Positions 1 through 8,606 of a stretch of 50,671 nucleotides of DNA are shown piece after piece. Within the stretch, counting starts at the first letter, position 1. Each line of letters begins with the position of its first letter. The notes beneath the pieces are model-generated. The model was not told where the DNA came from. It was given only the letters and a program-made list of their open reading frames with translations, and did not search any database. The DNA is from an uncultured Planctomycetia bacterium (GTDB lineage Bacteria; Omnitrophota; Gorgyraeia; 2-01-FULL-45-10), in the NCBI GenBank assembly GCA_964433975.1, contig CAYSSS010000004.1, positions 1 through 50,671 of the forward strand, written 5' to 3'. The position numbers and the translations under genes are program-made.

Positions 1-629
1 AGTCGATACCCCAGGAGCTTAAAAAGATGGACGACGCTTTTGAAGAGAAGAAGAGTGACCTTAAAAAGCTGGAAGATTCTCTCAAAGCGCTCCAGATGAA
101 GCGTAAGGAGAAGGAGATGGACCTTGAGATTAAGGAAGGTTCGATAAAGAAGTTCCAGTCCCAGCTTTATCAGATCAAGACGAATAAGGAGTACGCAGCG
201 CTGGAGGGCGAGATAGCGAGGACCAAGGCCGATAATTCATTGATCGAAGAAGAGATATTGAAGATATTCGACCAGATGGATCTCGAGAACCAGAAGATAT
301 CCAAAGAGAAGGATCACCTGAAGATCGAAGAAGGCAAGCTGAACGAGCAGAAGAAGAAGTTCGATGAGGAGGTCGGCCGCATAAAAGCGGAGGCCGAGGG
401 ACTCAACGCACAGAGAACCGCCTTAGCCGCAAAGGTCGATAAGGCAGTGCTTGCCAAATACAACAGGATAATCAGGAGTAAAGACGGATTGGCCGTTGTC
501 CCCGTAGCGGGCGATTCCTGCCAGGGGTGCTTTAGGATACTGCCTTCACAGGTGATACACGAGATAAGAACGAAGAAAGAGCTTGTCTGCTGCGGAAGCT
601 GCGCGCGGATACTTTACATTGAAGAATAA
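1..629 (+). CDS. C4-type zinc-ribbon coiled-coil protein (HP0958/CdsZ-like), 5'-truncated by window edge
   Basis: Frame is open from position 3. Long coiled coil with the TNKEY motif, then a C-terminal CQGC...CGSCARIL zinc ribbon. Typical neighbour of rnhA and rnpB. Confidence 0.88.
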   Translation, partial: SIPQELKKMDDAFEEKKSDLKKLEDSLKALQMKRKEKEMDLEIKEGSIKKFQSQLYQIKTNKEYAALEGEIARTKADNSLIEEEILKIFDQMDLENQKISKEKDHLKIEEGKLNEQKKKFDEEVGRIKAEAEGLNAQRTALAAKVDKAVLAKYNRIIRSKDGLAVVPVAGDSCQGCFRILPSQVIHEIRTKKELVCCGSCARILYIEE

Positions 630-1035
630 AAAAATTGAGATCTATGTAGATGGCGGTTCAAGAGGGAACCCCGGCCCGTCCGGTGTGGGGGTGGTGATCC
701 TGGACTCAAGCGGCAAGAGGTTGAAAGAGATCTCAAGGTACATCGGAGAAGCTACTAATAATATAGCCGAATATAACGCGCTCCTTTACGGATTGGAAGA
801 AGCGTTGATGATGAGGACCGACGAAATAGTTGTAAACCTCGACAGCGAGCTTGTGGCCAAACAGCTGACGGGCGATTACCGGGTCAAGGACCCGGGGCTG
901 AAACCGCTCTTTGAGCGAGCGATGAATATGCTGAAGAGTTTCAAAGATTTTGAGATAAGGCATATTAAACGCGAGAAGAACAAGGAAGCGGACAAGCTGG
1001 TAAATAGAGCGATAAACTTAGCGAGTTTGGTATAG
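619..1035 (+). CDS. rnhA: Ribonuclease HI
   Basis: Motifs YVDGGSRGNPGPSG, TNNIAEY, DSELV and REKNKEADKL carry the D-E-D-D catalytic residues. TTG at 619 chosen because it overlaps the upstream stop. Confidence 0.92.
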   Translation: MKNKKIEIYVDGGSRGNPGPSGVGVVILDSSGKRLKEISRYIGEATNNIAEYNALLYGLEEALMMRTDEIVVNLDSELVAKQLTGDYRVKDPGLKPLFERAMNMLKSFKDFEIRHIKREKNKEADKLVNRAINLASLV

Positions 1036-1037
1036 AT

Positions 1038-1406
1038 TTTTAGCAGACCGGATGGTCGCTTCGCCGGTTTTTAGGGCGGAGAGGAAAGTCCGAGCTCCAT
1101 GGAGCAGCGTAACGGCCAACGGCCGTCCGTCGCAAGACGAGGATCAGAGGACAGAGACGAGTCCTGTACCACTAAAATACCTTTGGTATTTTTCGGGTAC
1201 AGGGGTGAGACGACCAATCTCTACGCGGAGCAAGATCAAATAGGTCCCGATTTAAGGGTTGCTCGCCCTTACTGTAAATACATCAGTATCGGGACGGGTA
1301 AGGTCGCTCGATCGCCGGAGTAATCCGGCGGCTAGATAGATGACCATCTCGCATCGTGTCGAAAGGCGCGGTGCAAGACAAAACTCGGCTTACAGGTCCG
1401 CTAAAA
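1038..1406 (+). ncRNA. rnpB: RNase P RNA (class A-like, apparently lacking P13/P14)
   Basis: GAGGAAAGTCCGAGCTCC (1081-1098), GGAGCAAGATCAAATAG, TAGATAGATGACC and ACAAAACTCGGCTTAC are present. P1 is TTTTAGCAGACC/GGTCCGCTAAAA; P4 is GTCCGAG/CTCGGC. Confidence 0.97.
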
Positions 1407-1443
1407 TAAAGAGGCGCTTCGAAAGAGGCGCCTCTTTATTATT
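1405..1443 (+). terminator. Intrinsic terminator after rnpB, possibly bidirectional
   Basis: AATAAAGAGGCGCTTC-GAAA-GAGGCGCCTCTTTATT hairpin with T-rich 3' side and A-rich 5' side. Confidence 0.85.
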
Positions 1444-1453
1444 CTTCAGAGAT

Positions 1454-1632
1454 GGCGGACCTTGCGAGGGCCGCCTTTCGCGGGCGTCCCGCCATATTAG
1501 GCATATGGTGGGACTCGACAAAATTTTTACAAAAATTTAACTTCTTTCAGGAATTTAAATTTTTAGCTATACCGCCACAATGTGTAAAAATTTTGTAACG
1601 CCGCTTCAGGCGTTTCCCTCGCAAGGTCCGCC
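1454..1632 (+). repeat. Structured dispersed element, copy A (179 nt)
   Basis: Perfect 17-bp terminal inverted repeat (1454-1470/1616-1632) plus internal hairpins. Homologous to 1716-1913 (-) and 44544-44730 (+). Confidence 0.85.
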
Positions 1633-1715
1633 CGATGTAACAAATCAAATAAAACTTTTCTGTTCTAGAATAATAGGGGTCAGGCGTTTTTAGGTAGGTA
1701 TCTGACGCTTATTGA

Positions 1716-1913
1716 ACAGGCGGGCCTCGCGGGGCGTTGCCGAAGCGGCGTTACAAATTTTGATACATTATGGCAATCTAGAAAGGCCGGACAAACTGCT
1801 CAAGCTATGGATGGTTTGCAGGTTGGACGGACATCAAAATTTGTCTGAATAAATTGGTATGCCTAATCCAATTTATGTCCACTGAGGCAACGCCCCGCGA
1901 GGCCTCAGCCTGT
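1716..1913 (-). repeat. Structured dispersed element, copy B (inverted)
   Basis: Perfect 19-bp inverted repeat (1723-1741/1886-1904). The reverse complement shares GGACATAAATT, TAGGCAT, GACAAA and TAACGCCGCTTC with copies A and/or C. Confidence 0.8.
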
Positions 1914-1996
1914 GATTGAAATATCCCGAGAATTTTCAGGCAGGACCCGCAATCAATTAAGCATAGAAACAGAAAAGTTTTTAATAACCAATACGC

Positions 1997-2025
1997 TTGA
2001 CAAGGGTGGGGGTGTAGTGTATACT
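1997..2025 (+). promoter_or_regulatory. Sigma70-type promoter of the dcw operon
   Basis: TTGACA (1997-2002), 17 bp, TATACT (2020-2025). Confidence 0.85.
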
Positions 2026-2037
2026 TTGTAATACTGA

Positions 2038-2061
2038 GTGGTTAAAAGTGGTGTAAAGTGG
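2038..2061 (+). promoter_or_regulatory. MraZ binding repeats
   Basis: GTGG at 2038, 2048 and 2058 with exact 10-bp periodicity just upstream of mraZ; a further GTGG lies in the promoter spacer at 2006. Confidence 0.8.
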
Positions 2062-2074
2062 AGGATTCAAGGTC

Positions 2075-2518
2075 ATGTTCTACGGTGAGCATGAACATAC
2101 TATAGATAAAAAGGGACGTATCATAATCCCGTCGAGATTCCGTGAATTTTTCAAGGAATACGATATAAAGAGATGCTATATAACAAGAGGCCTGGATAAG
2201 TGCCTCTTTCTCTTTACGGAGGACGAGTGGAAAGCCCAGGAGTCCAAGTTCAAATCGATGCCTTTTACGAATTCGGAATCTAGAAAGTTCAACAGGCTCT
2301 ACTTCTCGGGCGCGACCCAGGTTGAGTGCGACACGCAGGGGAGGATATTGCTGCCGAAGTACCTGAAGGACTTTGCGGATATAAAACGAGATATCATGAT
2401 AATAGGTGTTTCGAACAGGATCGAGATATGGGCCAAGGAGATGTGGCGGGATTATTACGAGAGCTCGAAAGGTTCTTTCGAGGAGATAGCAGAAAAGTTG
2501 ATGGCCCGGGAAGAGTAA
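2075..2518 (+). CDS. mraZ: Transcriptional regulator MraZ
   Basis: MFYGEHEHTIDKKGRIIIP and DTQGRILLP are the two DxxGR AbrB repeats; IIGVSNRIEIW. Confidence 0.97.
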   Translation: MFYGEHEHTIDKKGRIIIPSRFREFFKEYDIKRCYITRGLDKCLFLFTEDEWKAQESKFKSMPFTNSESRKFNRLYFSGATQVECDTQGRILLPKYLKDFADIKRDIMIIGVSNRIEIWAKEMWRDYYESSKGSFEEIAEKLMAREE

Positions 2519-2537
2519 TATTAAGGAGGTGGTCTTC

Positions 2538-2723
2538 ATGAGTCCGAGGTATCGTAGATCGATAAAGAAGGTGAAGCTCTATGACGCCAGCATGGATTGC
2601 TTTATCGAGAGGATGAGGAAGGTCAGGGCGCTCAATGGTGATCCCGCGCTCTGCGGCATGGATGGCGACGCGTTAAAGAAATTTTCTTTCCATAGGGTGG
2701 AACTGCTGACTAAGCTCTTATAA
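2538..2723 (+). CDS. 61-aa hypothetical protein, possibly a truncated STAS-like domain
   Basis: Strong RBS AAGGAGGT (2523-2530) before ATG 2538; fills the mraZ-rsmH gap. ERMRKVRALNGDPALCGM resembles the second half of a STAS domain. Confidence 0.55.
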   Translation: MSPRYRRSIKKVKLYDASMDCFIERMRKVRALNGDPALCGMDGDALKKFSFHRVELLTKLL

Positions 2724-2743
2724 TACCGGAGTTATATCTAGTT

Positions 2744-3637
2744 GTGCATCAAAGTGTGTTGCTGAATAAAGCCGTAGGTTATCTGAACCTTTCAAAAGGC
2801 TCCTTTGTGGTCGACGCAACGATCGGCGGCGGAGGGCATTCGGAGGAGATACTTAAGAAGATACTCCCCGGAGGAAGGCTCATAGGCATTGACGCCGATC
2901 GAGGTGCGCTCTCCATAGCAAGTGACAGGCTGAAGAGTTTCAGCGGTTCTTTCACTCTGGTCAATGATAACTTCAGGAATATCGACAGGATACTCAAAAA
3001 GGAGAATATAAAGAACGTAGATGCCGTGCTGCTGGATATCGGGATCTCGTCGTATCAGCTCGATGACGCGTCGAGAGGATTCAGTATAAGGTCCGATGCC
3101 GCTCTCGATATGAGAATGGACAGAAACTCGCCGCTCACTGCATATGACGTCGTTAATAAATACAAGGAAGAAAAGCTCTCCGAGATAATAGAGAAGTTCG
3201 GGGAAGAGCGGTTCCATAAGAGGATCGCGAGATTCATAAAAGATGCGCGCCAGCATAAGCGTATCGAGACGACAGGAGAGCTTGCAGATATAGTGAAGAG
3301 GGCCGTTGGTTATAAGTACAGGAATCTGAAGATACATCCGGCAACACGCACTTTCCAGGCTATAAGGATATTTGTAAATGACGAGCTTGGCGCGCTTGAA
3401 GATGCCTTGAAGAGCGCGATATTCTGGCTCAATACGGGAGGGAGGATAGCGGTCATATCCTTCCACTCGCTCGAGGACAGGATAGTAAAGAATATGTTTA
3501 AGGGGTATTCCAAATTAGGAGTCTTAAAAATTATAACAAAAAAACCCTTGATTCCTGAGCGTGAGGAGGTCATAGGAAATCCCCGCTCAAGGAGCGCTAA
3601 ATTAAGGGTCGCGGAAAGGATCGAGCAGCAATCATGA
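2744..3637 (+). CDS. rsmH: 16S rRNA m4C1402 methyltransferase RsmH
   Basis: VDATIGGGGHS, DIGISSYQLD, RGFS, LDMRMD, HPATRTFQAIRI, SFHSLEDRIVK, NPRSRSAKLR. Confidence 0.98.
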   Translation: MHQSVLLNKAVGYLNLSKGSFVVDATIGGGGHSEEILKKILPGGRLIGIDADRGALSIASDRLKSFSGSFTLVNDNFRNIDRILKKENIKNVDAVLLDIGISSYQLDDASRGFSIRSDAALDMRMDRNSPLTAYDVVNKYKEEKLSEIIEKFGEERFHKRIARFIKDARQHKRIETTGELADIVKRAVGYKYRNLKIHPATRTFQAIRIFVNDELGALEDALKSAIFWLNTGGRIAVISFHSLEDRIVKNMFKGYSKLGVLKIITKKPLIPEREEVIGNPRSRSAKLRVAERIEQQS

Positions 3638-4017
3638 GGTTTTTTAGATACATTGTAATGTTGGGTCTGATCACCTTTACCGCTTTGGTATATGTCCACC
3701 AGCAGGTCGAACTGGTAAAGTTAAGTTACGAAATAGACTGTAAAGAGAAGAAGCTCAAAGAGTTGCTTGACCGCAAAGGTATACTCCGATATAATATATC
3801 CAACTTGGAATCGCCCTCCCGTTTGGAGAAGGTTCTTTTGGAGAGGAAAGTGTCGGTATCCTATCCCAGGAAGGGCCGGGTAGTAAGGCTGGCGAGAAAT
3901 CCTTCTTATGTGCCGAGCGGACCCTTGAGAATCTCAGGCCTCGAAGAGAGGGCGGGGATATTTAAATTATTTGATTTTCTTGGCGGCAGGCCGGAAGTCC
4001 ACGCCAGAGAAAAATAA
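3634..4017 (+). CDS. ftsL: Cell division protein FtsL-like
   Basis: N-terminal TM segment, coiled coil and LESPSRLE; lies between rsmH and ftsI. Confidence 0.75.
   Translation: MRFFRYIVMLGLITFTALVYVHQQVELVKLSYEIDCKEKKLKELLDRKGILRYNISNLESPSRLEKVLLERKVSVSYPRKGRVVRLARNPSYVPSGPLRISGLEERAGIFKLFDFLGGRPEVHAREK
3767..3795 (+). promoter_or_regulatory. Internal sigma70-type promoter within ftsL
   Basis: TTGACC (3767-3772), 17 bp, TATAAT (3790-3795). Confidence 0.6.
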
Positions 4018-4019
4018 TG

Positions 4020-4062
4020 CCTCGGCAAAAGCTCAAAGCTCATCCTGAGCCAGCCGAAGGAT
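4020..4062. repeat. REP-like palindrome
   Basis: CCTCGGC..GCTCA..TGAGC..GCCGAAGG, the same architecture as 29315-29367. Confidence 0.6.
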
Positions 4063-4078
4063 AACGGATTTATATCTT

Positions 4079-5776
4079 GTGCATAGCGGAACCTTTCGTA
4101 CTCGCCAGATCTCAGTATTTCTCTTCTTTCTTCTCTCTCTAGCGCTTCTTATAGTACGCCTCTTTTATCTGCAGGGAATAAAACACTCTTTCTACTACAA
4201 GATAGCCAACGAGGAGCATATCGTAACTGTCGAACTCCAGCCTAAGCGAGGTACGATATTTGACAGGAATATGCGGGTTCTCGCGGTTAACTTGAATAGG
4301 ATATCAGTCTATGCTAATCCGCGTGAAATTAAGGATAAGACGAGAGCCGTAAAGATAATCTCAACCGTATTGGGCCTGAAAAACGATTTTGTCGCGGAAA
4401 GATTATCGAGAGATAAAGGCTTTATATGGATAAAGCGCAAGGTCTCAAATAAAGAAGCCGCAGCGCTCAAAAAATTTAATATCACGGGAATAGGTTATAT
4501 CGACGAATCAAAGAGGTTCTATCCAAACGCCGATTCCGCGTGCCACCTGATAGGGTCGGTTGACATAGACAATAAAGGGCAGGAGGGCCTCGAAACGCTT
4601 TATAACGAATACCTGAAAGGGCAGGAAGGCTTTCTTGTCGCGACCCAGGATGCCAAGAGAAAATTGCTACATTCCTACCGGGAGGATTTCCTGGCTCCAA
4701 AGAACGGCTACAATCTCGTACTTACAATAGATGAAGTTATCCAGAATATAGCCGAGCGCGAGCTCTACAAGATGTATGATAAGTACCACGCCAAGGGCGC
4801 GGCGATAGTCGTTATGGATCCGAAGAACGGAGACATACTGGCTTTGGCCAGTTTCCCTAATTATGACCTCAATAACATCGCCAAGAGGCAGGCCGACTCA
4901 GTCAGAAACAGGGTCATAAATGATTTTTTTGAGCCGGGCAGCGTATTTAAGATAGTCACGGCAAGCGCTATACTCGAAGAACGCGCCGTGGATCTCAATG
5001 ATAAATTCGATTGCGAGAACGGCGCGTGGAAAGTCGGAAGAAGAGTTCTTCACGATCACAGGCCTCACGGAGTGATGACATTCAGAGAAGTCATAGAGAT
5101 GTCGAGTAATATCGGTACGGTCAAGGCTGCCGGCGTTCTCGGCTCCGCAAAGATGAACAAATATATGAATTTATTCGGTTTCTATGAGAAGACCGGCATA
5201 GACCTTCCTGGCGAGGTCCTCGGCATGAACAGGCCCTTATCCAGATGGACCAAGACCAGCATGCTTGCCATACCGATGGGCCAGGAGGTTACGGCGACCG
5301 CGATACAGCTTGCTTCAGCCATATCCGTGATAGCGGACAACGGATTTTTATTGAGACCGCGCATAGTTAAATGGATAGAGGATGACAAGGGACAGGTGAT
5401 AAAGGAATTTCCTCCCCAGGTCAAGAGGAAGGTAATATCCCCGATGACCGCTTACCGGATGAGAGTGCTCCTGATGGGGGTCGTAGAATCCGGCACCGGT
5501 AAAAAAGCGAAGGTCGAAGATTTCAGCACGGGCGGCAAAACAGGGACCGCGCAGAAGGTTGAGCCGCGCGGGGTATATTCGCATGACAAGTTTATAGCAT
5601 CGTTCATAGGTTTTGCGCCAGTCGGAAAACCGGCTATAGCCGTGGCGGTTTGCGTCGATGAGCCTCATCCCGTATATTTCGGCGGGGATGTCGCCGCTCC
5701 GGTATTTAAAAATGTTGTGGACGAATCCCTGAAGTATCTTAATGTTAAGGATACCAGGCCGGTTGTGGTAAAATAG
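4079..5776 (+). CDS. ftsI: Class B penicillin-binding protein (PBP3/FtsI)
   Basis: N-terminal TM; RGTIFDRN; EPGSVFK (SxxK); SSN (SxN); GKTGT (KTG). Confidence 0.95.
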   Translation: MHSGTFRTRQISVFLFFLLSLALLIVRLFYLQGIKHSFYYKIANEEHIVTVELQPKRGTIFDRNMRVLAVNLNRISVYANPREIKDKTRAVKIISTVLGLKNDFVAERLSRDKGFIWIKRKVSNKEAAALKKFNITGIGYIDESKRFYPNADSACHLIGSVDIDNKGQEGLETLYNEYLKGQEGFLVATQDAKRKLLHSYREDFLAPKNGYNLVLTIDEVIQNIAERELYKMYDKYHAKGAAIVVMDPKNGDILALASFPNYDLNNIAKRQADSVRNRVINDFFEPGSVFKIVTASAILEERAVDLNDKFDCENGAWKVGRRVLHDHRPHGVMTFREVIEMSSNIGTVKAAGVLGSAKMNKYMNLFGFYEKTGIDLPGEVLGMNRPLSRWTKTSMLAIPMGQEVTATAIQLASAISVIADNGFLLRPRIVKWIEDDKGQVIKEFPPQVKRKVISPMTAYRMRVLLMGVVESGTGKKAKVEDFSTGGKTGTAQKVEPRGVYSHDKFIASFIGFAPVGKPAIAVAVCVDEPHPVYFGGDVAAPVFKNVVDESLKYLNVKDTRPVVVK

Positions 5777-5781
5777 GCCAT

Positions 5782-7248
5782 ATGATAAGATTAATGGATC
5801 TGTTGAAGGGAGTTGACTACAGGACCGAAAGAAATATCTCCGGTGTCGCGATCAGGAGAGTGACGAACGATTCCAGGAAGGCCGGCAGTGGAGATCTCTT
5901 TATAGCGTTACGCGGCTATAAGATAGACGCGCACGGATTCATAAATGACGCCATCAAAAAAGGGGCCAACATAATAGTATCCGAGAGGGGTTTCAAAGCC
6001 CCAGCTAACGTGATCAAGATACTGGTGAAAGATGCCCGCGCGGCATCTTCGATTATAGCCGCCAACTACTACAAAGATCCTTCCAAAAAGCTCAGGATCA
6101 CAGGAGTCACCGGGACCAACGGCAAGACGACCGTAACATATATAATCGAAAAGATGCTCGAAGAGGCCGGCAAGCACGTTGGTGTCATCGGAACTATAAA
6201 TTACAGGATAAACGGAAAGCGGCTGCCCGCGGCCAATACCACGCCGGGCCCGCTCGCGTTGCAGGCTCTCTTCAGCAGGATGTTAAAGAGCGCCGTTAAG
6301 GATGTCGTGATGGAGGTCTCCAGCCATTCGCTTGACCAGGGCAGGGTGGATGGCATTCTATTCGATGTAGGCATATTCACGAATATAACAAAAGAGCATC
6401 TCGATTATCATAAGACCGTAGAAAAATATTTCGACGCCAAAGTAAAGTTGTTCGATAAGCTAAAGACCGGCGGCGTTGCCATATTGAACAACGACGACCG
6501 TATGGTCTCCGGTTTAAAGAAGCGCATAAATAGAGAGAATACCCTTACCTACGGGCTGACCAGAAGATCCGATATTATGGCTTGTGGCATCAAGATTTCG
6601 ATGCGTAATACATCCTTCACGGTCAAAACGCCAAAAGGGTCGTTCGCGGTTTCCACCGGTCTCATAGGCAGACATAATATTTCAAATATTTTAGCCGGTG
6701 TCGGCGCCGCGATCGCTTTAGATATACCGGCGGGCACGATAAAAAAGGGCATCGAGTCCTTTGGGACAGTCCCGGGAAGGCTTGAGCTTGTTGATGAGGG
6801 GCAGCCATTCAAAGTCTTCGTTGATTATGCACATACCGAAGACGCGCTCTATAATGTATTGAGCTTACTGAGAGGTATAGTGCCGGATAGGAAGATAATA
6901 ACCGTCTTCGGATGCGGCGGTGACAGGGATATAGCGAAGAGGCCTCTTATGGGGAATGTGGCTTGCAGGTTCTCGGATAACGTCATCGTAACTTCCGATA
7001 ACCCGAGATTCGAGGATCCGTCCGAGATAATCTCGCAGATAGAATCCGGGATGCGCGGTGAATTTTCGAATTATGATATAGTTGAGGACAGGCAGAGCGC
7101 CATCAACAGGGCGCTTAAGATGGCTTCAAAAGGCGATGTAGTGGTGATAGCGGGTAAAGGGCATGAAAAATATCAGATAACGAAAGACAGGGCGGTGCCT
7201 TTCGATGATTGCGGTATCGCCAGATCAATACTGAAAAAAATAAGATGA
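5782..7248 (+). CDS. murE: UDP-MurNAc-tripeptide synthetase MurE (meso-DAP type)
   Basis: GVTGTNGKTT, MEVSSH, HLDYH, VDYAHT; SDNPR indicates DAP specificity. Confidence 0.97.
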   Translation: MIRLMDLLKGVDYRTERNISGVAIRRVTNDSRKAGSGDLFIALRGYKIDAHGFINDAIKKGANIIVSERGFKAPANVIKILVKDARAASSIIAANYYKDPSKKLRITGVTGTNGKTTVTYIIEKMLEEAGKHVGVIGTINYRINGKRLPAANTTPGPLALQALFSRMLKSAVKDVVMEVSSHSLDQGRVDGILFDVGIFTNITKEHLDYHKTVEKYFDAKVKLFDKLKTGGVAILNNDDRMVSGLKKRINRENTLTYGLTRRSDIMACGIKISMRNTSFTVKTPKGSFAVSTGLIGRHNISNILAGVGAAIALDIPAGTIKKGIESFGTVPGRLELVDEGQPFKVFVDYAHTEDALYNVLSLLRGIVPDRKIITVFGCGGDRDIAKRPLMGNVACRFSDNVIVTSDNPRFEDPSEIISQIESGMRGEFSNYDIVEDRQSAINRALKMASKGDVVVIAGKGHEKYQITKDRAVPFDDCGIARSILKKIR

Positions 7249-8606
7249 AGATAAGCGAGATGCTTAAAGCGACCGCGGGCAGGTTGATATCGGGCTATCC
7301 AGGTTCCGATATAGACCCGGCCGCCTTCTCGACCGACTCCAGGACGATAGGAGAGGGAGGATTCTTCATTCCCGTGAAAGGCGCTAATTTTAACGGCGAG
7401 GAGTTTGTAGAAGACGCCTTAAAGAACGGCGCCGCGGGCGCGTTTGTTACGGATAATACCGCATATAGTAGTATGCGCGGAAAGATAATAATAAAGGCCA
7501 AAGAGACCACCCGTGCGTTGCAAGATTTGGCCTATTATCACAGGATGAGGTTTAAAGTTCCTATCGTAGGAGTTACGGGATCCAACGGCAAGACTACCGT
7601 GAAGGATATGATCGCGGGGGTACTCTCATCGAAATTCAATGTGCTGAAGAACGAAGGCACTAAGAATAATCATATAGGAGTTCCGCTGACGCTTTTGAAG
7701 CTCAACGATTCTCACGACATCTGTGTTATAGAGATGGGCACGAGCCATCAGGGCGAAATACGTCTTCTCGCCGGCATCGCTTCTCCGACTATAGCCGTGA
7801 TCACCAACATAGGTCCGTCCCACCTGGAATTCCTTAAGGATATTAAAGGTGTTTTTACGGCAAAGAGAGAGATACTGACAGCGCTCGACAGGGACTCCAT
7901 GGCGATCCTGAACGGCGATGACGAGTACCTGGGAACGGTAAAGAGCAAGGTCTTCAAGATTATGAGGTTCGGTTTTAACGCCGGCAACGATTTTCAGGCC
8001 TCAGGAGTCTCGGCCGCGGGCTCCAAAATAAGATTCACCTTGAATGAAAGATCGCCGTTTGTATTGAATCTCCTGGGCCGGCATAACGTATACAATGCTA
8101 TGGCGGCGATAGCGGTCGCCTATAATTTCGATATAAGCTACATGGAGACTAAGAAAGCCCTATCGGAATACCTGCCCGCCAATATGCGGCTTAATGCCAG
8201 GCAGGTGGGGGACGTTACCGTCATAGACGATGTCTACAATTCCAACCCGTTGTCGATGAGGTTCGCCATAGAAGCGCTCAGCGGGTATCCTGCGAAGGGA
8301 AGGTGGATAGTTAGCGCGGATATGCTTGAATTGGGCCAAAGAGAAAGAGAGTTCCACGGCATGATAGGGGAGACGATAGCGCAATCGGGCCTTAGCGGGC
8401 TGATCACCTTCGGTGACCTCTCCCGGTATACGTCATCGCGCGCGCTGGAATGCGGCATGGATAAGAACAGGGTATGGCACTGTTCGGAGAGAGGCCAGGT
8501 CGCGGGTATACTAAGAAAATTCATGGAGAAGGGCGATGCCGTGCTCGTCAAGGGTTCACGGGCAATGAAGATGGAAGAAGTCATAGAAAATCTGAAAGAG
8601 AGATAG
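7245..8606 (+). CDS. murF: UDP-MurNAc-pentapeptide synthetase MurF
   Basis: GVTGSNGKTTVK, NNHIGVPLTL, DDVYNSNP, DMLELG, LVKGSR. ATGA overlap with murE. Confidence 0.96.
   Translation: MKISEMLKATAGRLISGYPGSDIDPAAFSTDSRTIGEGGFFIPVKGANFNGEEFVEDALKNGAAGAFVTDNTAYSSMRGKIIIKAKETTRALQDLAYYHRMRFKVPIVGVTGSNGKTTVKDMIAGVLSSKFNVLKNEGTKNNHIGVPLTLLKLNDSHDICVIEMGTSHQGEIRLLAGIASPTIAVITNIGPSHLEFLKDIKGVFTAKREILTALDRDSMAILNGDDEYLGTVKSKVFKIMRFGFNAGNDFQASGVSAAGSKIRFTLNERSPFVLNLLGRHNVYNAMAAIAVAYNFDISYMETKKALSEYLPANMRLNARQVGDVTVIDDVYNSNPLSMRFAIEALSGYPAKGRWIVSADMLELGQREREFHGMIGETIAQSGLSGLITFGDLSRYTSSRALECGMDKNRVWHCSERGQVAGILRKFMEKGDAVLVKGSRAMKMEEVIENLKER

Noticed and set aside
1052-1540. ORFs 1052-1243, 1099-1323 and 1340-1540
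   Set aside because: They overlap rnpB, its terminator and copy A, and show no protein motifs.
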